A stretch of DNA of 64,000 nt, taken from NCBI GenBank assembly GCA_977018835.1, contig OZ361257.1, positions 2,480,001 through 2,544,000 of the forward strand, in the 5' to 3' direction. A program made the translations under genes and the position numbers. The notes below the pieces were generated by a model. It did no database searches. It had not been told where the DNA came from and saw nothing but the letters and a program-made list of their open reading frames with translations. Shown one piece after another: positions 34,558 through 46,160 of this stretch. The DNA is from Minutocellus sp. GHC0000111 (taxonomy: Eukaryota). The stretch's first letter is position 1. Every line of letters starts with the position of its first letter.

Positions 34558-36054
34558 TTAGTAGGAGAGAACCCACGAAAGAGAGTCACCGGATGCAATT
34601 GCTTCCGCATCCTCGCTAAACGGGCAATGCAATAACGACCCAATGAGATGACCGATAAAGCTAAAGGTACTCAGCTCCTCTTCCGAAAAGTCGTGACCTT
34701 GATCATTTCGAGCAATGGAATGCAGAAGTACTGCGGTCGTCTGCAATCGAAAGGCTCTCGCCAAAACAATCGCCGCCTTCTTGTTAAATTCCGCCTCGTG
34801 CTTTCCTACTCCCAACTTCTTTGCACAGTGCAAACCCGCATCATATTGCATTAGTGGAAAGAGACTCTTGGTATCCTTCCACTGTTTGATCGCCTTGTTG
34901 TAGGCATTGTAGGCTGCAATATCATCTTCGTCATCCTCGCCCTCTCGAATATCGCCGCCATTTCGACACTCGGTGAGTACCGAACCCAAAAATGCCGGTG
35001 CGCCTTGACCACCGAATACCTTGGCCGACCACGCCATTACCGCTTGTGAAGCTTCGCCGGCTAGATTGATTTGCGACACGAGCTTTTCTCTTACCAAGCC
35101 CTTGGTGGACTTGGGAAATACCACCAACGAGACTATACCGCCGATGACGCAACCAATAATGACATTTGCGCAACGAAGCAATGCTTTGTTCCATGCCGCT
35201 GATCCTTGCCCTTCGACATAAAATGGTTCCAATGCAATTGCAAATGTCATGAGTGCTACAAGACCTGCATAGGAATGGGACGCGATGTAACGATACTGCA
35301 CAAACAAAAAGGTGTACAGAAACGTAACCAGAGCAATCATCACGCCTAAGAACACCGCCTGCTTGGCCCTGCCTTGGTTGGTGTCGATCACAAACGAAAA
35401 GAAGCCGACGAGTAAGCCCAAAATTGCTCCCATGATGGTTCCTTGGATTCGTTGAATAGTCTTCTTAATCACACTGGCAGCATCCATCGCAGGAAACCAG
35501 CACACCATCAACGCTGTGATGTACACCCACGCCCCTTGCGGATATCCGGGTATGAGCCAAAACAGAGACGAAAGGGTCAATGCCGCGGACATTCGGGCGG
35601 CGAATCGCACCGCCTTTGGTCGGACGTTGGACAAACCACACGAGGTCCTGCGGATACTGCGAAGAGTTGGGGCGGGTGGTGCGTCAATTATGGCCGAAGC
35701 CGTTTGAACGTCCAGCTTGTTCAGTTGTGAGTCATACGACGAACTTGGAGTACAGGCCGTTGTATGGGTCGTTGGGTCGTTCGTTTGCAAATTGTTGGTT
35801 GTTCGCTTGCGCAACATTTTCGACGAAGTTCTATCGCCGCTCATGAGCCGCCGTCTGGATGGCCTCGACGGCGTCGATGTAACTGGCAGGGACATTCGTT
35901 TGGCGCTAATCGTTCGTGGGGTGGAATATGGCGTTGGTCTCGGCGCCTCGTCCGCGAATTCGTCCGTCTCGTCTACATTACTTTCCAGCGCATCACGTGC
36001 CATCTCGGCGCATGATGCCTGGCCGAGCTCTATATCTACTTGTTCACTTTCCAT
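34558..36054 (-). CDS. Aluminium-activated malate transporter (ALMT)/FUSC-like membrane protein
   Basis: AWVYITALMV...KKTIQRIQGTIMGAILG...LRCANVIIGCVIGGIVSLVVFP. The C-terminus ends abruptly. Confidence 0.8.
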   Translation of the reverse strand: MESEQVDIELGQASCAEMARDALESNVDETDEFADEAPRPTPYSTPRTISAKRMSLPVTSTPSRPSRRRLMSGDRTSSKMLRKRTTNNLQTNDPTTHTTACTPSSSYDSQLNKLDVQTASAIIDAPPAPTLRSIRRTSCGLSNVRPKAVRFAARMSAALTLSSLFWLIPGYPQGAWVYITALMVCWFPAMDAASVIKKTIQRIQGTIMGAILGLLVGFFSFVIDTNQGRAKQAVFLGVMIALVTFLYTFLFVQYRYIASHSYAGLVALMTFAIALEPFYVEGQGSAAWNKALLRCANVIIGCVIGGIVSLVVFPKSTKGLVREKLVSQINLAGEASQAVMAWSAKVFGGQGAPAFLGSVLTECRNGGDIREGEDDEDDIAAYNAYNKAIKQWKDTKSLFPLMQYDAGLHCAKKLGVGKHEAEFNKKAAIVLARAFRLQTTAVLLHSIARNDQGHDFSEEELSTFSFIGHLIGSLLHCPFSEDAEAIASGDSLSWVLSY

Positions 36055-36274
36055 TATCTTTGTTTGCTGTTGTTATTATTATTATCGTGCAATAAATGAG
36101 CCGAGGGCAGTAGTGAGTCGGTGGCTTCGCATCGTCATCATCGGTGGAGCGGTCCGTAGCCGTCTTTCGAATTGCGATCGAGCCTGCCGGTCTTGCGTGA
36201 CTTGCGTCGGCATCTCCCGCAACCGCCACACCCCACGACGAGCCCATAAATAGCTAAGTACCACACCTCGCGCC

Positions 36275-37315
36275 ATGGACATAACCGCTGCTTCCAAGAG
36301 GAAGCGCTCGGATGAACCGGATGCGGACGGGGAAGATGGCAATGATTCCGTCATAGGGCTGGACGTGGGCGGTCAGCTATTTTATACGCACAAGTCCACG
36401 CTGACCGCTGGCTCGACCTACTTCGCGGCTCGATTCGGCGGCAATTTCAACGCCGGGTCCTCGTACGTCGATGAACGTGGCAGGAAGGTTTACTTCATTG
36501 ACGGTAATGGTGAATTATTCGTGCATGTACTCGATTACCTTCGTCGGGGCATTGCATCATGGCCGGACCAGGCAGACAATCCCAAGTTCCACAAAAGGCT
36601 CGTTGCGGAGGCAGAGTATTTCGGCGTGGAAGCCATGGTAAGAGAACTGCTCATGGCTAGCATTTCACCAAACGAATCGGGAAAGGGAATCCTTTACTGG
36701 TTAGGGACGAATCGCGGCACCACTTCGTATCGAAACCCGTTCGTGGCGAAAGATATTAAAGTTGACGACGAGGACGACCACGTATTATTCGAAAGCAACG
36801 CCTACTTCTTCGGCTACCGTCCTCCGTGTTCCTTTGGTATTTGCAATAATTCGCAGGTACTGAATTGCACAATGCAGGATGGAAAATCGAGGGAATGTAG
36901 TTTTGCGAACATCCGTGTAAGGCCTTCTCACTACTCTCTGCGATATGGCCAGTGCTACGGAATGAGTGATTGGAATTTTGAAGCGTCGGTAGATGGCATC
37001 AACTGGGACTGCCTCCACAAAGCTCGAAAGGAACGTGGCATCCTCCAGCCCTCAGAAGCCGAACGAGAGTCGATTTCTCGTGGAGAAAAATGTGATGAAC
37101 TCGAGAAGCATCACCGTCAGGTTTGGCCTGTGAATTCCTCATCCTACTATAAGCACTTTCGTTTTACCAGTCTCACGGACGACGAGGTCAAAGCTCTTTA
37201 TGGGGATGATGACGAGAAACAGCTCACACTTGGTCCAGATGGTCGGTGTCTTTGGTCGCCTTGTCTTCACGGTGTTGGATTTGAGCTTTATGGCGATGTC
37301 TTGGATGCTGATTAG
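36275..37315 (+). CDS. BTB/POZ (KCTD-type) protein with a C-terminal galactose-binding/F5-8-like domain
   Basis: IGLDVGGQLFYTHKSTL...YFIDGNGELFVHVLDYLR; GILYWLGT, VRPSHYSLRY and GFELYGDV motifs. Confidence 0.85.
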   Translation: MDITAASKRKRSDEPDADGEDGNDSVIGLDVGGQLFYTHKSTLTAGSTYFAARFGGNFNAGSSYVDERGRKVYFIDGNGELFVHVLDYLRRGIASWPDQADNPKFHKRLVAEAEYFGVEAMVRELLMASISPNESGKGILYWLGTNRGTTSYRNPFVAKDIKVDDEDDHVLFESNAYFFGYRPPCSFGICNNSQVLNCTMQDGKSRECSFANIRVRPSHYSLRYGQCYGMSDWNFEASVDGINWDCLHKARKERGILQPSEAERESISRGEKCDELEKHHRQVWPVNSSSYYKHFRFTSLTDDEVKALYGDDDEKQLTLGPDGRCLWSPCLHGVGFELYGDVLDAD

Positions 37316-37432
37316 AAGAATACATAACGCGAGGACCTCTCGATTGTAGGATCGATCGTGCGCACAATCTAATAATGCTGGGTCTAACAAAAATTACACT
37401 ATACTAAAAACTATTTCGCCAGGAGCAAAGTA

Positions 37433-39096
37433 CTATCGCATCCAAAAGCGCTTCTTCTGGGCATCCTCCACCTTCTCCTTGACCACCCGAACGGTAGGGT
37501 TGCGCTGGAGATTGGTACCAAACGTCTCGACAGGCCTTCTAACCGTAGGAGTGCGCTGAAGCACCGGCTCGACCACATCCCGGCCGGCATATTTGGCCTT
37601 CATCCAATCGGCTGCAAGGCTCATGCGCGAGGAAGTAGACAAGAGACGAGTCCAGTACAGCGATCGCCACAGGAAAAGGCAGGGGTACCCTTGAGGGCGC
37701 GCTGGTCGCCGTCTGGCCCGAGCGGCTCGGCGCCGATCAAGGCCCAGATATCAAAGTTGCTCGAGCTGGCGGGTCCCGAAACCAGCTGAGCGATGCCATT
37801 GTTGGATCCCAGGCAACACAAACTTCCTGCGTGCTTATATTCAAACGGACTGTCGGCACCATCTCTAATCGCTCGACCGATGTGCTTGCCCTGCTGGGCG
37901 GCCACCTGGGCCGTGGGAGGATTGCCGCTCAAGGCAGCGTCACCAATCGCATACACCCCCTCGGTACCCTCCACGCGCAGACACGAATCCACCTTGAGTC
38001 CTCTCATGTCGGTCTGTCCCAGTGACTTGGCCAGCTTCTTTACGAGAGGGCGGGCACCAATACCAGCGGCCCAAACGACCGCACCGGTCTCCTCGGTGGC
38101 GGCCTTGGCCAATGCCGCGGCCTTTTCTTCAGCCGTGGCCGTACGAGGCGTCGAGGGGGCAAAGGTAGCCTCGGTCTTGCCCACGTTGGTAATGGCCACG
38201 CCGGTACGAACGTCCACCCCTCGGGACCGCAAGTGATCCAACGCCACCTCCTGCAACTTGGGATCGAACGGGGCGAGGATGCGGGGCATGGCTTCCACCA
38301 ACACAATCTAGATGCGGTCGGCCAAATCCCGTCCGTATCGCATGGCGGCGTCATTGCGTGCAAAGTCGGCCAGCTCGGCGCTGAGCTCGACGCCGGTAGG
38401 TCCTCCGCCGACGACCACGACCTTGAGAAGACGATCGATCTCGTCCTCATCCTCGGCCTTGCCGTGACGCATCAACGCCGCTGCCTTCTCGAGGTTGGAA
38501 AGGAGCTTGGCGTGGAGCTTGGAGCTGTCGGCGGCCTCCTTTAAAAACAATGCATTTTCAGCCACGCCGGGAATGCCAAACGTGTTGGGCTGGGCACCAA
38601 CGGCGATGATGAGCTTGTCGTAGGACAGTTGCTTCTCGTCGCTCGATCCGGCACCCATGGTAGCACGGACGGTCTTGTTTTCCACGTCGATATCTCGGGC
38701 ATCGGCACGAACGAAGGTCGCTGAGCTGGCACGCGTCGCGGCATTCTCCACCAGGGCGCGGAGGGGCTCGCAGGCCGATCGAAGGGTGATGGTACCGACG
38801 GCACTGCCGGCGAGGAGGGGAGTATAGAGGAAATGCGGCCGGGGACTCACGACGACAATGTCCTTGTTGGGGGCGGCACATTTGCGGAGGGCGCTCAGGG
38901 CGGACCATCCCGAGCCGAGGATGACGATGCGCTCCTTCTTGCTGCCAGCGGTCGCGGCATTGGCTGCAGAGGAGGGGAGGAGGTAGTTGTAGTCGTCCCA
39001 GTCGTCGTTGGCGGTGGTGATGGACGCCCAAGAGGCAACGCCGGCTGTTCCCAGTGCCGGTATGGCGCGTTTGATTGCAAAGTTGAGGAAACCCAT
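37433..39096 (-). pseudogene. Type II NAD(P)H dehydrogenase (NDH-2) with an in-frame TAG at 38308-38310 and a 1-nt frameshift at 37674-37677
   Basis: IVILGSGW, HFLYTPLL, VVGGGPTGVELSAEL, VYAIGD and PPTAQVAAQQG motifs. LWRSLYW lies in a shifted frame. Confidence 0.88.
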
Positions 39097-39686
39097 TGAG
39101 ATGATGTGGAAGGAAAGTACAAGTGTTGACAGCAGATAGATTTACGCGAAATGTTGTCGCGTCAGCGATGAAAGAAGAGGAGCGTTGGGCTTATGGAGTG
39201 GATGCAACTGCAACTCCGAGCTGAGAGTGATGGGTGGTAAAGTAGACTATGACATCGACGATGCGATTGATTGGTGGGTCGGCGATGCGATGCGATGGCG
39301 ATGGCTTGTGCGGACTTCGCCACAGATCTGAAACAGGTATTTTTGCCACGTCATTGTCGTTCCACGTCAGACAGCGAGATGTTTCTTTGTGACGCACATG
39401 TGAACGGGCGGAACGTACCGATAAGGCAGCCGCCGGAGCCAGGCGAGAAAGAGAAATATTTTGCGTATCACCTGCCGGTGGTGGCAGACTCTACCGCACC
39501 ATCACATGACTCGACTCTACTGATATTTAGATCTAATTCCTATCTAGGAATTCCTACTACATGCATTTTAAACCGACAGCGGAAAGCACAGATCGGTGCC
39601 GGTCGGTGCATGTAGACCTCTTGAGAAATTCCAGTGTTGTCTGCGAACTTCCTGCTGCTGATGACTGAAAAGAAAAGCACACCTTG

Positions 39687-40685
39687 CTAACTTAGCAATC
39701 TTTTCGCCTGGTCAATCAACTCAATGCATTCATCCCGGAAAGCTTCTAATCCGATTGGAAGTGGTTCGCCAAGTTGGTAGCCGACAAAGTTATTCAAACA
39801 TTTGGTGAACAAATTGCCGTAGTATGATTCGCTGGAAAGAGCCATGAGGTCGAATGCTCGGCTGTCCTTGGTACGCCGTTGGCCAGTTCCCCATATGTTT
39901 TTCCATTTCTTCCCGTTGTTCAAAAAGGCTATTATGTGCCCAATGCTTGCAAGCAACGGTGGATCGTAAGAATTTACTAGCATCTTCCGATCGACCACCC
40001 CGTTGTCTTTGACGTGAGGATGGCAAAACCCTTCCGGCATTCCTCCTACTACAGACCCGGTAGTGGTCCTGTGTCCAACCCGAACCTTGACGGGCACTCG
40101 ACATCCCGGTACATCTTCGTCAAAAATGTCTACCAAAACAACAACATCCCAACGGTACATCCACTCGGAGTCTGTTGTAGGAGGAATTGCGAGAGTCGGA
40201 ATACCGACACCAACAATCCCGGCGGCCTGTGCAGCGTCGTCATCCCACTCCCTCAGTTTTGCTCTCGTCATCTCATGGAGTCGTTCAGCACCATGTAACA
40301 ATCCCACCAAATTTTGGCCGACCATTGGCTTCACGCAGCTACCAATGAGCTTTCTAATTTCTGCATCGGCACTCATGTCCGATTTCTCGCGGAAGGCCCG
40401 GCAGACGGCGCGGGTTTGTACGAGATCGTTGGAGGTTGCAAGACATGCTATCACATGCTCAAGGAGGGGCGCAGTGTCGCTGCCAGCCTCATCCGCAGGC
40501 GCGTCATTTGCTTCGACTTCGTTGCCGACCGCGCTAAAGCCGAGAGTGGTCTCAAGGGACAGTGCAAGGGCACCCACCTCATCGCCCAGTGCTTGGCCGT
40601 CGTCGTGCTGGGTCTCGGTCTTGGCCTGCTTCATGGGCCGGTCACTCTCGGGCCGATCACTCTCGGGCCGATGGGAATTCTCCAT
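39687..40685 (-). CDS. F-box-like protein with a possible UBC/UEV-like C-terminal domain
   Basis: LLEHVIACL...LVQTRAVCRAFR is F-box-like. FCHPHVKDNGVVD resembles the UBC HPN..NG.C motif but lacks the Cys. Confidence 0.55.
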   Translation of the reverse strand: MENSHRPESDRPESDRPMKQAKTETQHDDGQALGDEVGALALSLETTLGFSAVGNEVEANDAPADEAGSDTAPLLEHVIACLATSNDLVQTRAVCRAFREKSDMSADAEIRKLIGSCVKPMVGQNLVGLLHGAERLHEMTRAKLREWDDDAAQAAGIVGVGIPTLAIPPTTDSEWMYRWDVVVLVDIFDEDVPGCRVPVKVRVGHRTTTGSVVGGMPEGFCHPHVKDNGVVDRKMLVNSYDPPLLASIGHIIAFLNNGKKWKNIWGTGQRRTKDSRAFDLMALSSESYYGNLFTKCLNNFVGYQLGEPLPIGLEAFRDECIELIDQAKRLLS

Positions 40686-40931
40686 CGTTGCAAATGAAAA
40701 TAACTGCAATTATAAACAATCTTCAACGAAAATGATGCAATTGTGCAATGTGCAACATCAATCATGTAGGCAGCTTGCATGGCGAAGAATGAGGCGGTTT
40801 GCGGGAGACTGCGAGCCTGCCGCGCCATCAATGCGCAAAGCAGTGCCGCCGCCCTCTGACTGCATGCACGCCATTTATTTCAGTCAAGGCATATCAGAGC
40901 AACCCCTTCCCCACAACTATCCAACCCAGCC

Positions 40932-42221
40932 ATGCTCCGTACAGCTTGCCCTATTCTATCACGTTGCGCGAGGCAGCACCTTCGCCGAGGTATGCCGCCA
41001 TCATCGTCTGCTGTATGCTCTTACCTCCCGTTTTGTCGCTACAAATCATCCACTTCTGCTGATGACTACCCACCAGACATGACTCCAACCACCCGTCGTC
41101 TGGCCGAGGCAATCCTATCCTCGGAACACGACGCGCCCAATATACATGATGGTCGGATGCGACGACGCATAGCACTCTCCAAAGCCATAACCCTCATCGA
41201 AAGTCGGGCCGAGACACACATGCGCCAGGCCGATATGCTCCTCAACTACCTCCTTCGGCATTCAGATGCCGACGATGATGACAATGATAAGCCCTCGACA
41301 ATACCTGATATGGTCAGGAATAATTTGTCCTCATTTCGAGTGGGCATTGCGGGACCTCCCGGGGCTGGAAAGAGTTCGTTCATTGAAACGTTTGGTTTAT
41401 ATGTGCTGAAAAATAAGGCGAGACAGGATGCATACGACGAGAAATGTAATGATACTGATAATAGTGACGAATACACCCCATCCAAGTTGGCAGTTGTGTG
41501 CATTGATCCATCCTCATCGCTTACTGGAGGGTCGATATTGGGCGATAAGACCCGGATGATGGAGCTGTCTCGACATGAGCAGGCATTTGTGAGACCATCA
41601 CCATCGAGAGGAACACTCGGGGGTCTGGCGGCATACACTAATGACGCCATCACTCTATGCCAGTCTGCAGGATATGATTTCGTTTTGGTGGAAACTGTTG
41701 GACTTGGGCAATCTGAAGTCGAGATTTGCGAAGGGGTGGACATGCTGTTGCTCCTTGTTCCACCAGGTGGTGGCGATGAATTGCAGGGAGTCAAGAAGGG
41801 CATAGTTGAATTGGCATCGATGCTCATCGTGAACAAGGCCGATGGAGCCGCTCGAACAACAGCCACAGATTACGAGGCAGCAGTTAGATTTTTCCGGCAT
41901 CGAGACGATGGATGGGATATCCCTCCGGTTGCGCTTGTCAGTGCCAAGACCGGTGAAGGTATGGAAAAGGTATGGGGCGAAATTGTTCGATATCGGCAGA
42001 TCATGACTGCCAATGGGGAGCTTCAGAAAAAGAGACAACAGCAGAGTCGATACTGGATGCACAAAAATATGCGTGACCTCATCATTGCCAAAGCCAAGTC
42101 AGACCCAACACTTCGCGGAAAGTCGGAGCGATTAGAAAATGATTTGGTAAATGGACGTATAACTCCAAGGGCCGCCGCACAAGAGCTTGTCGATAGCATA
42201 AGCAGCAGCTACGAAAGTTAA
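40932..42221 (+). CDS. MMAA: Methylmalonyl-CoA mutase-associated GTPase (MMAA/MeaB/ArgK)
   Basis: GPPGAGKSS, IDPSSSLTGGSILGDKTRM, VETVGLGQSE, GDELQGVKKGIVE and NKADG motifs. Confidence 0.92.
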   Translation: MLRTACPILSRCARQHLRRGMPPSSSAVCSYLPFCRYKSSTSADDYPPDMTPTTRRLAEAILSSEHDAPNIHDGRMRRRIALSKAITLIESRAETHMRQADMLLNYLLRHSDADDDDNDKPSTIPDMVRNNLSSFRVGIAGPPGAGKSSFIETFGLYVLKNKARQDAYDEKCNDTDNSDEYTPSKLAVVCIDPSSSLTGGSILGDKTRMMELSRHEQAFVRPSPSRGTLGGLAAYTNDAITLCQSAGYDFVLVETVGLGQSEVEICEGVDMLLLLVPPGGGDELQGVKKGIVELASMLIVNKADGAARTTATDYEAAVRFFRHRDDGWDIPPVALVSAKTGEGMEKVWGEIVRYRQIMTANGELQKKRQQQSRYWMHKNMRDLIIAKAKSDPTLRGKSERLENDLVNGRITPRAAAQELVDSISSSYES

Positions 42222-42236
42222 GATAAATTTGTCACT

Positions 42237-45200
42237 TTAGAAGTCAGTTGTCTTTGACCTCCTGTATTTGTCGGGCGGCGACTGCTTCTCGTCTCTCAAA
42301 CCATCTCGCCACTGTCCCCATGCTTGCCGCACGGAGCCAAAATAGCTCTTGGCCGAATCCTTGGCGCCGGCAGCCTTTTCTTTTGCGGCTGCAATACTTT
42401 CCTTGCCGGCCTGCTTCATCCGTTCTTCTCTTGACAAGGCAACACCTCCGGGCAAACCGTAGGCAAAGATTATTGATGGCGGAGGCGAGATCGTCTGCAG
42501 GGCTTGGTTGAGACTGATGCCTCCTTTGTGACATGCGAGCGTGATCTGCGACTCGCAGATCCAAAGAGCTCGGCTTGCATCCAGTAGTCTATCGACATCT
42601 GTTGGAGGGAAGGCCTGAAGGAGACGGAGGCACGTGCCAAAGTCGCTTTTCAGCAGTTCCTCTCTCATGAGCATAACCATCGTCACGCACACATAGCGCA
42701 TAAAGTTGTCCTTGTGTGTCGACGCAAACATGGAGTCCCAAAGACGAATGGTATCAGGAATCAGGAGGAATCAGGAAGAATAAATTCTCTCGAAAGCAGC
42801 GTAGTAAGCCATCGGATGGAGTAGAACGAACCATCGATGCCACAATCGTCCAAATGGCAGCGAACCTCGGGGTCGTGCAGCGAGAGAAGTGCAATCATGT
42901 TGGATATGCGCCCTTGGATGCCGGTGTCGGCATGGTCAAGGTCAGGCACAAAAATGTCTCTCATTTCGACCATGAGTGTATTGAAAAGAAAATACGTATC
43001 GGCCTCAGCCTCACAGGCCCACTCCTCGTTGGAATCATTGGCAAGGACAAAATACAGAGTGGCAACAATCTCATTCATACCCTGAACATATCTCACGCCT
43101 TTGTTGAGCTTGGCCCAAACAAATAAAACACGCTCGACGGCGGCATGTCGTCGCTGGCCTAGATTGTCCTCTGGTTCGAGAAAGAACGTGAGATCTGGGT
43201 GAGTGCGCACCACATCCTTGCGGATTTCGTCGAGGAGGCTTGCATTCTCAAAGAATTGTGCCCATTTGGAGCCAGTTTCAAGGCTGAGCGGATCATCATT
43301 GACATGGACTCTACCACCATCTTTCCTGGGACTCTTATCGCCGTTTTCATCGTATGTGTTGCCCTCATCGTCAATGACAAGCAGTGCGTTCATGTGACCA
43401 GTGGCGTCGGAAAAGGCTTCGAGCATTTCACTGTCGCGTCCAGAATCCTTCCATTGTTCACGGACCCTCGCTGGAACCAACATTTGCGGGGTGTGAACAG
43501 GCATGGCAGAATCGCTCGATTTGGATTGGGGAGTCATGACTTTGTCGGCACTGTTGCTAGTGGAATCGTGACCAGTGTCTTCATCGCCACTCTGACTGCC
43601 ACTTGTATCTTCTTCCATGCTGGATCGTTTGGTCATCATAGCTCGTGCAATATCACTACCGCGACGCATTTGACGTGATTTGCCTGCGGCTTCGGCAATT
43701 GATGCGCCGTTCAAGTCTTTGCTACTTTCCTCAACAGCGTCGCCACCTCTCATGTCAATGCTGTTGTGACCTTCGGCGTCTGATGCTTGATTGGCGCCGC
43801 CATTTTCTCGCACACTCTGTCCTTCCTTGTGAACTCCAGACCCCTGTAATCGCCGTCCTTCCGACTTGAGGTGGTCGCCCTCCTCTTCGTGATGCCCTGG
43901 CCTAACAAACAGCTCAGATACAAGATTGCGGTAGAGACCTCGATCGCGTTTTAGAACGCCCTCCCATTGGCTAGTATCTGGAGGTAAATAACCCATCAAA
44001 ATTCTCCACGCCAGAGCACGTTGCGATCCCTCCTCTGGTATGCCCTGCGATGAGAGCCGCCGGAGCTCTTGAAGATTGATGACGTGCGTTGGTCCTGCCG
44101 ATGATGTTTGATTTAGACCTTCGTTCTGAGACATTTCTTCAGATAGCGGTGGTAAACCGGTAGTTGCAGTGCTTGATGGTGGCTGATTCAGCGATGACGA
44201 ACTGATACCATGCCCACTCACAGAGCCAGATGCAGCCAACGATGATTCATTATTGCGGTCATGATTCGGCACATCCAAACTGGCGAGGCTTTCCAACGTT
44301 AGACTTTCTCGAACACCTGCACCGGCTCCTACAGCTCCAACAGCGGCAGCCTTCTCTCGCTTGGCCCAGCGATCCTCCAGTCCAAATTCGGCCACACTGC
44401 CCTCTAAATCAGCCAAAGCGTCAACGACCTTGGCGCTTCGGACCTTGCGGGCATGATCTTCCTTCTTGCCCGCAGTGCTGAGCGAGCCAATTTGATTGAC
44501 ATCGTAGATATGCTTGTCGTTGAGAAGGACAGGTGCTTCGTCCCGATCCTTGGCTGGCCGGGATGGTGGGGCGGTGCTATCATCCGCTTCGTCGGGCGGT
44601 GGTGGTGGAGTATGTGCCTTCGATTCCTCGCTCCCTTTCGGAGTTTTGGCAGCGTCTACAGCCGAATTGTCAATGCTGACGACATCTTCATCTTCTTCGC
44701 CGTCGATCGACTTCATGCTGTGGTCGGTACTCCAATTGCCACTATGGCCGCTGCTGTCGTATGGACTGGGTCCACCATAGCCGCCATACCCGGTACTGTC
44801 CTCATCCGCCGCGGCCGCTTGCTGCAACCGCCCTCTAAAGCTAGTACTAATGTCGTTCATCTCATGACTTGTTGTTCTGGAACTGCGGGTGTGATGCGAC
44901 GCGCTACCGTCGTGTGTTTTGAGCGGCATGACCAGGTCGACCGCCTGCCCGTCTGGCTTGGTGTAGGTGACTTCATTGTTGCCATCTTCCTCCTCCTCGC
45001 CATCGTCCTCCTCCCTCTCGATCCAGGCATCGAGCTTGGCGGCGCTCTCTCGCTTGCGTTCCTTTGCTGCAGCAGCATGCTCGATTGATTTTCCATTGCC
45101 GGTCGGTGCTGACATTTCCGATCGACTGCCGCCAAGGCCAAGATCCATTAGACTTTGCGTCAACTCCGCATTTGACTCCTCCAAGAGCTTGGACTCGTCG

Positions 45201-45622
45201 TTGAGGCTGTCGTGCTGGCCGGAGTTAAGGGTGTCGGAAAGGTGGGTGGATGTTTTGTTCGTATCGGAATGCGCTGAAGAACCGTCGAGGGGTGTCTGCA
45301 CGTCCAATTTGGCCCCATCGGGACGTTGGTAGGTGATGGTTTCGGCCTGATCAGCACTTGCATTCTCCATCATGTCGGACTTATTGCTATGGTCGGGTTC
45401 CAGCATGTCGTCAAGCATGACATCGGACTTTGACGCCGCTCCTGATGCACTCTGCGAGGCATTTCCATCGGCGGCAAGGGCGGCGTAGCTGTCCGAAAAG
45501 GCATATCGGGACCGCTCCTCGGCCGTCAGGTCGGTGGTACCAAACAGACATTGTTCCAAAATTTGAGGAGTTACCTTGACCTTCCGCCGGGGTGGCTTGG
45601 GCGGTGAGGATGATCTGCGCAT
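42237..45622 (-). pseudogene. Rab-GAP TBC-domain protein (TBC1D13-like) with a 17-nt frameshifting insertion at 42753-42769
   Basis: IRKDVVRT, YVQGMNEI and RWLTTLLSREF motifs. Removing the insertion restores ILPDTIRLWDSMFAS. Confidence 0.9.
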
Positions 45623-46160
45623 GTTTCAACCTGTGTTAAATCTAATCAATCTCGCAGATCGAAGGTATTGTGAAAATCAGCGAATGTCCTCTCTCACTTT
45701 GATCGGAGCAATTGATTGGAGCTTAAGTATTGACTACCAAGTAAGTCAAGGTGCGAAGACGCCACTCTTTGGCTTTATTGCGAACCCGGGAGAGATGGAT
45801 TGGCTCGCCGAGCGAGAGCCGAACTTTTATCTTGCGAGATGTGCCGGTTTCAATTGAACGGCAAAATGAACACCTAATTGACGATTAAAATACACACAAA
45901 CGAGGTGTATGAATGGCACCAAGCAGCCAAGTGATGGGTAGGAATTGGTGCGGTTGTCTTCGACCGACCTCTCGTGCGTATCTTCAAGCGGAGGAATGAC
46001 CCGAAATCGAAAATCGCTCGGTTTGGTCGACACAACTTGAAATTGCACAAAAGCAAAAAAGCAAAAGCAAAAGCAGAGTCGGCGTAGGATCCCCACGCTT
46101 GACTCGCAGCGGAGCACCCAACGCCAACGAGCTCGTACCAACTCTCGTCTCCCTTGTCAC

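Noticed and set aside
34558..34620. C-terminal truncation of the ALMT-like gene
   Set aside because: The ending looks abrupt but no downstream remnant is visible; needs an ortholog alignment.
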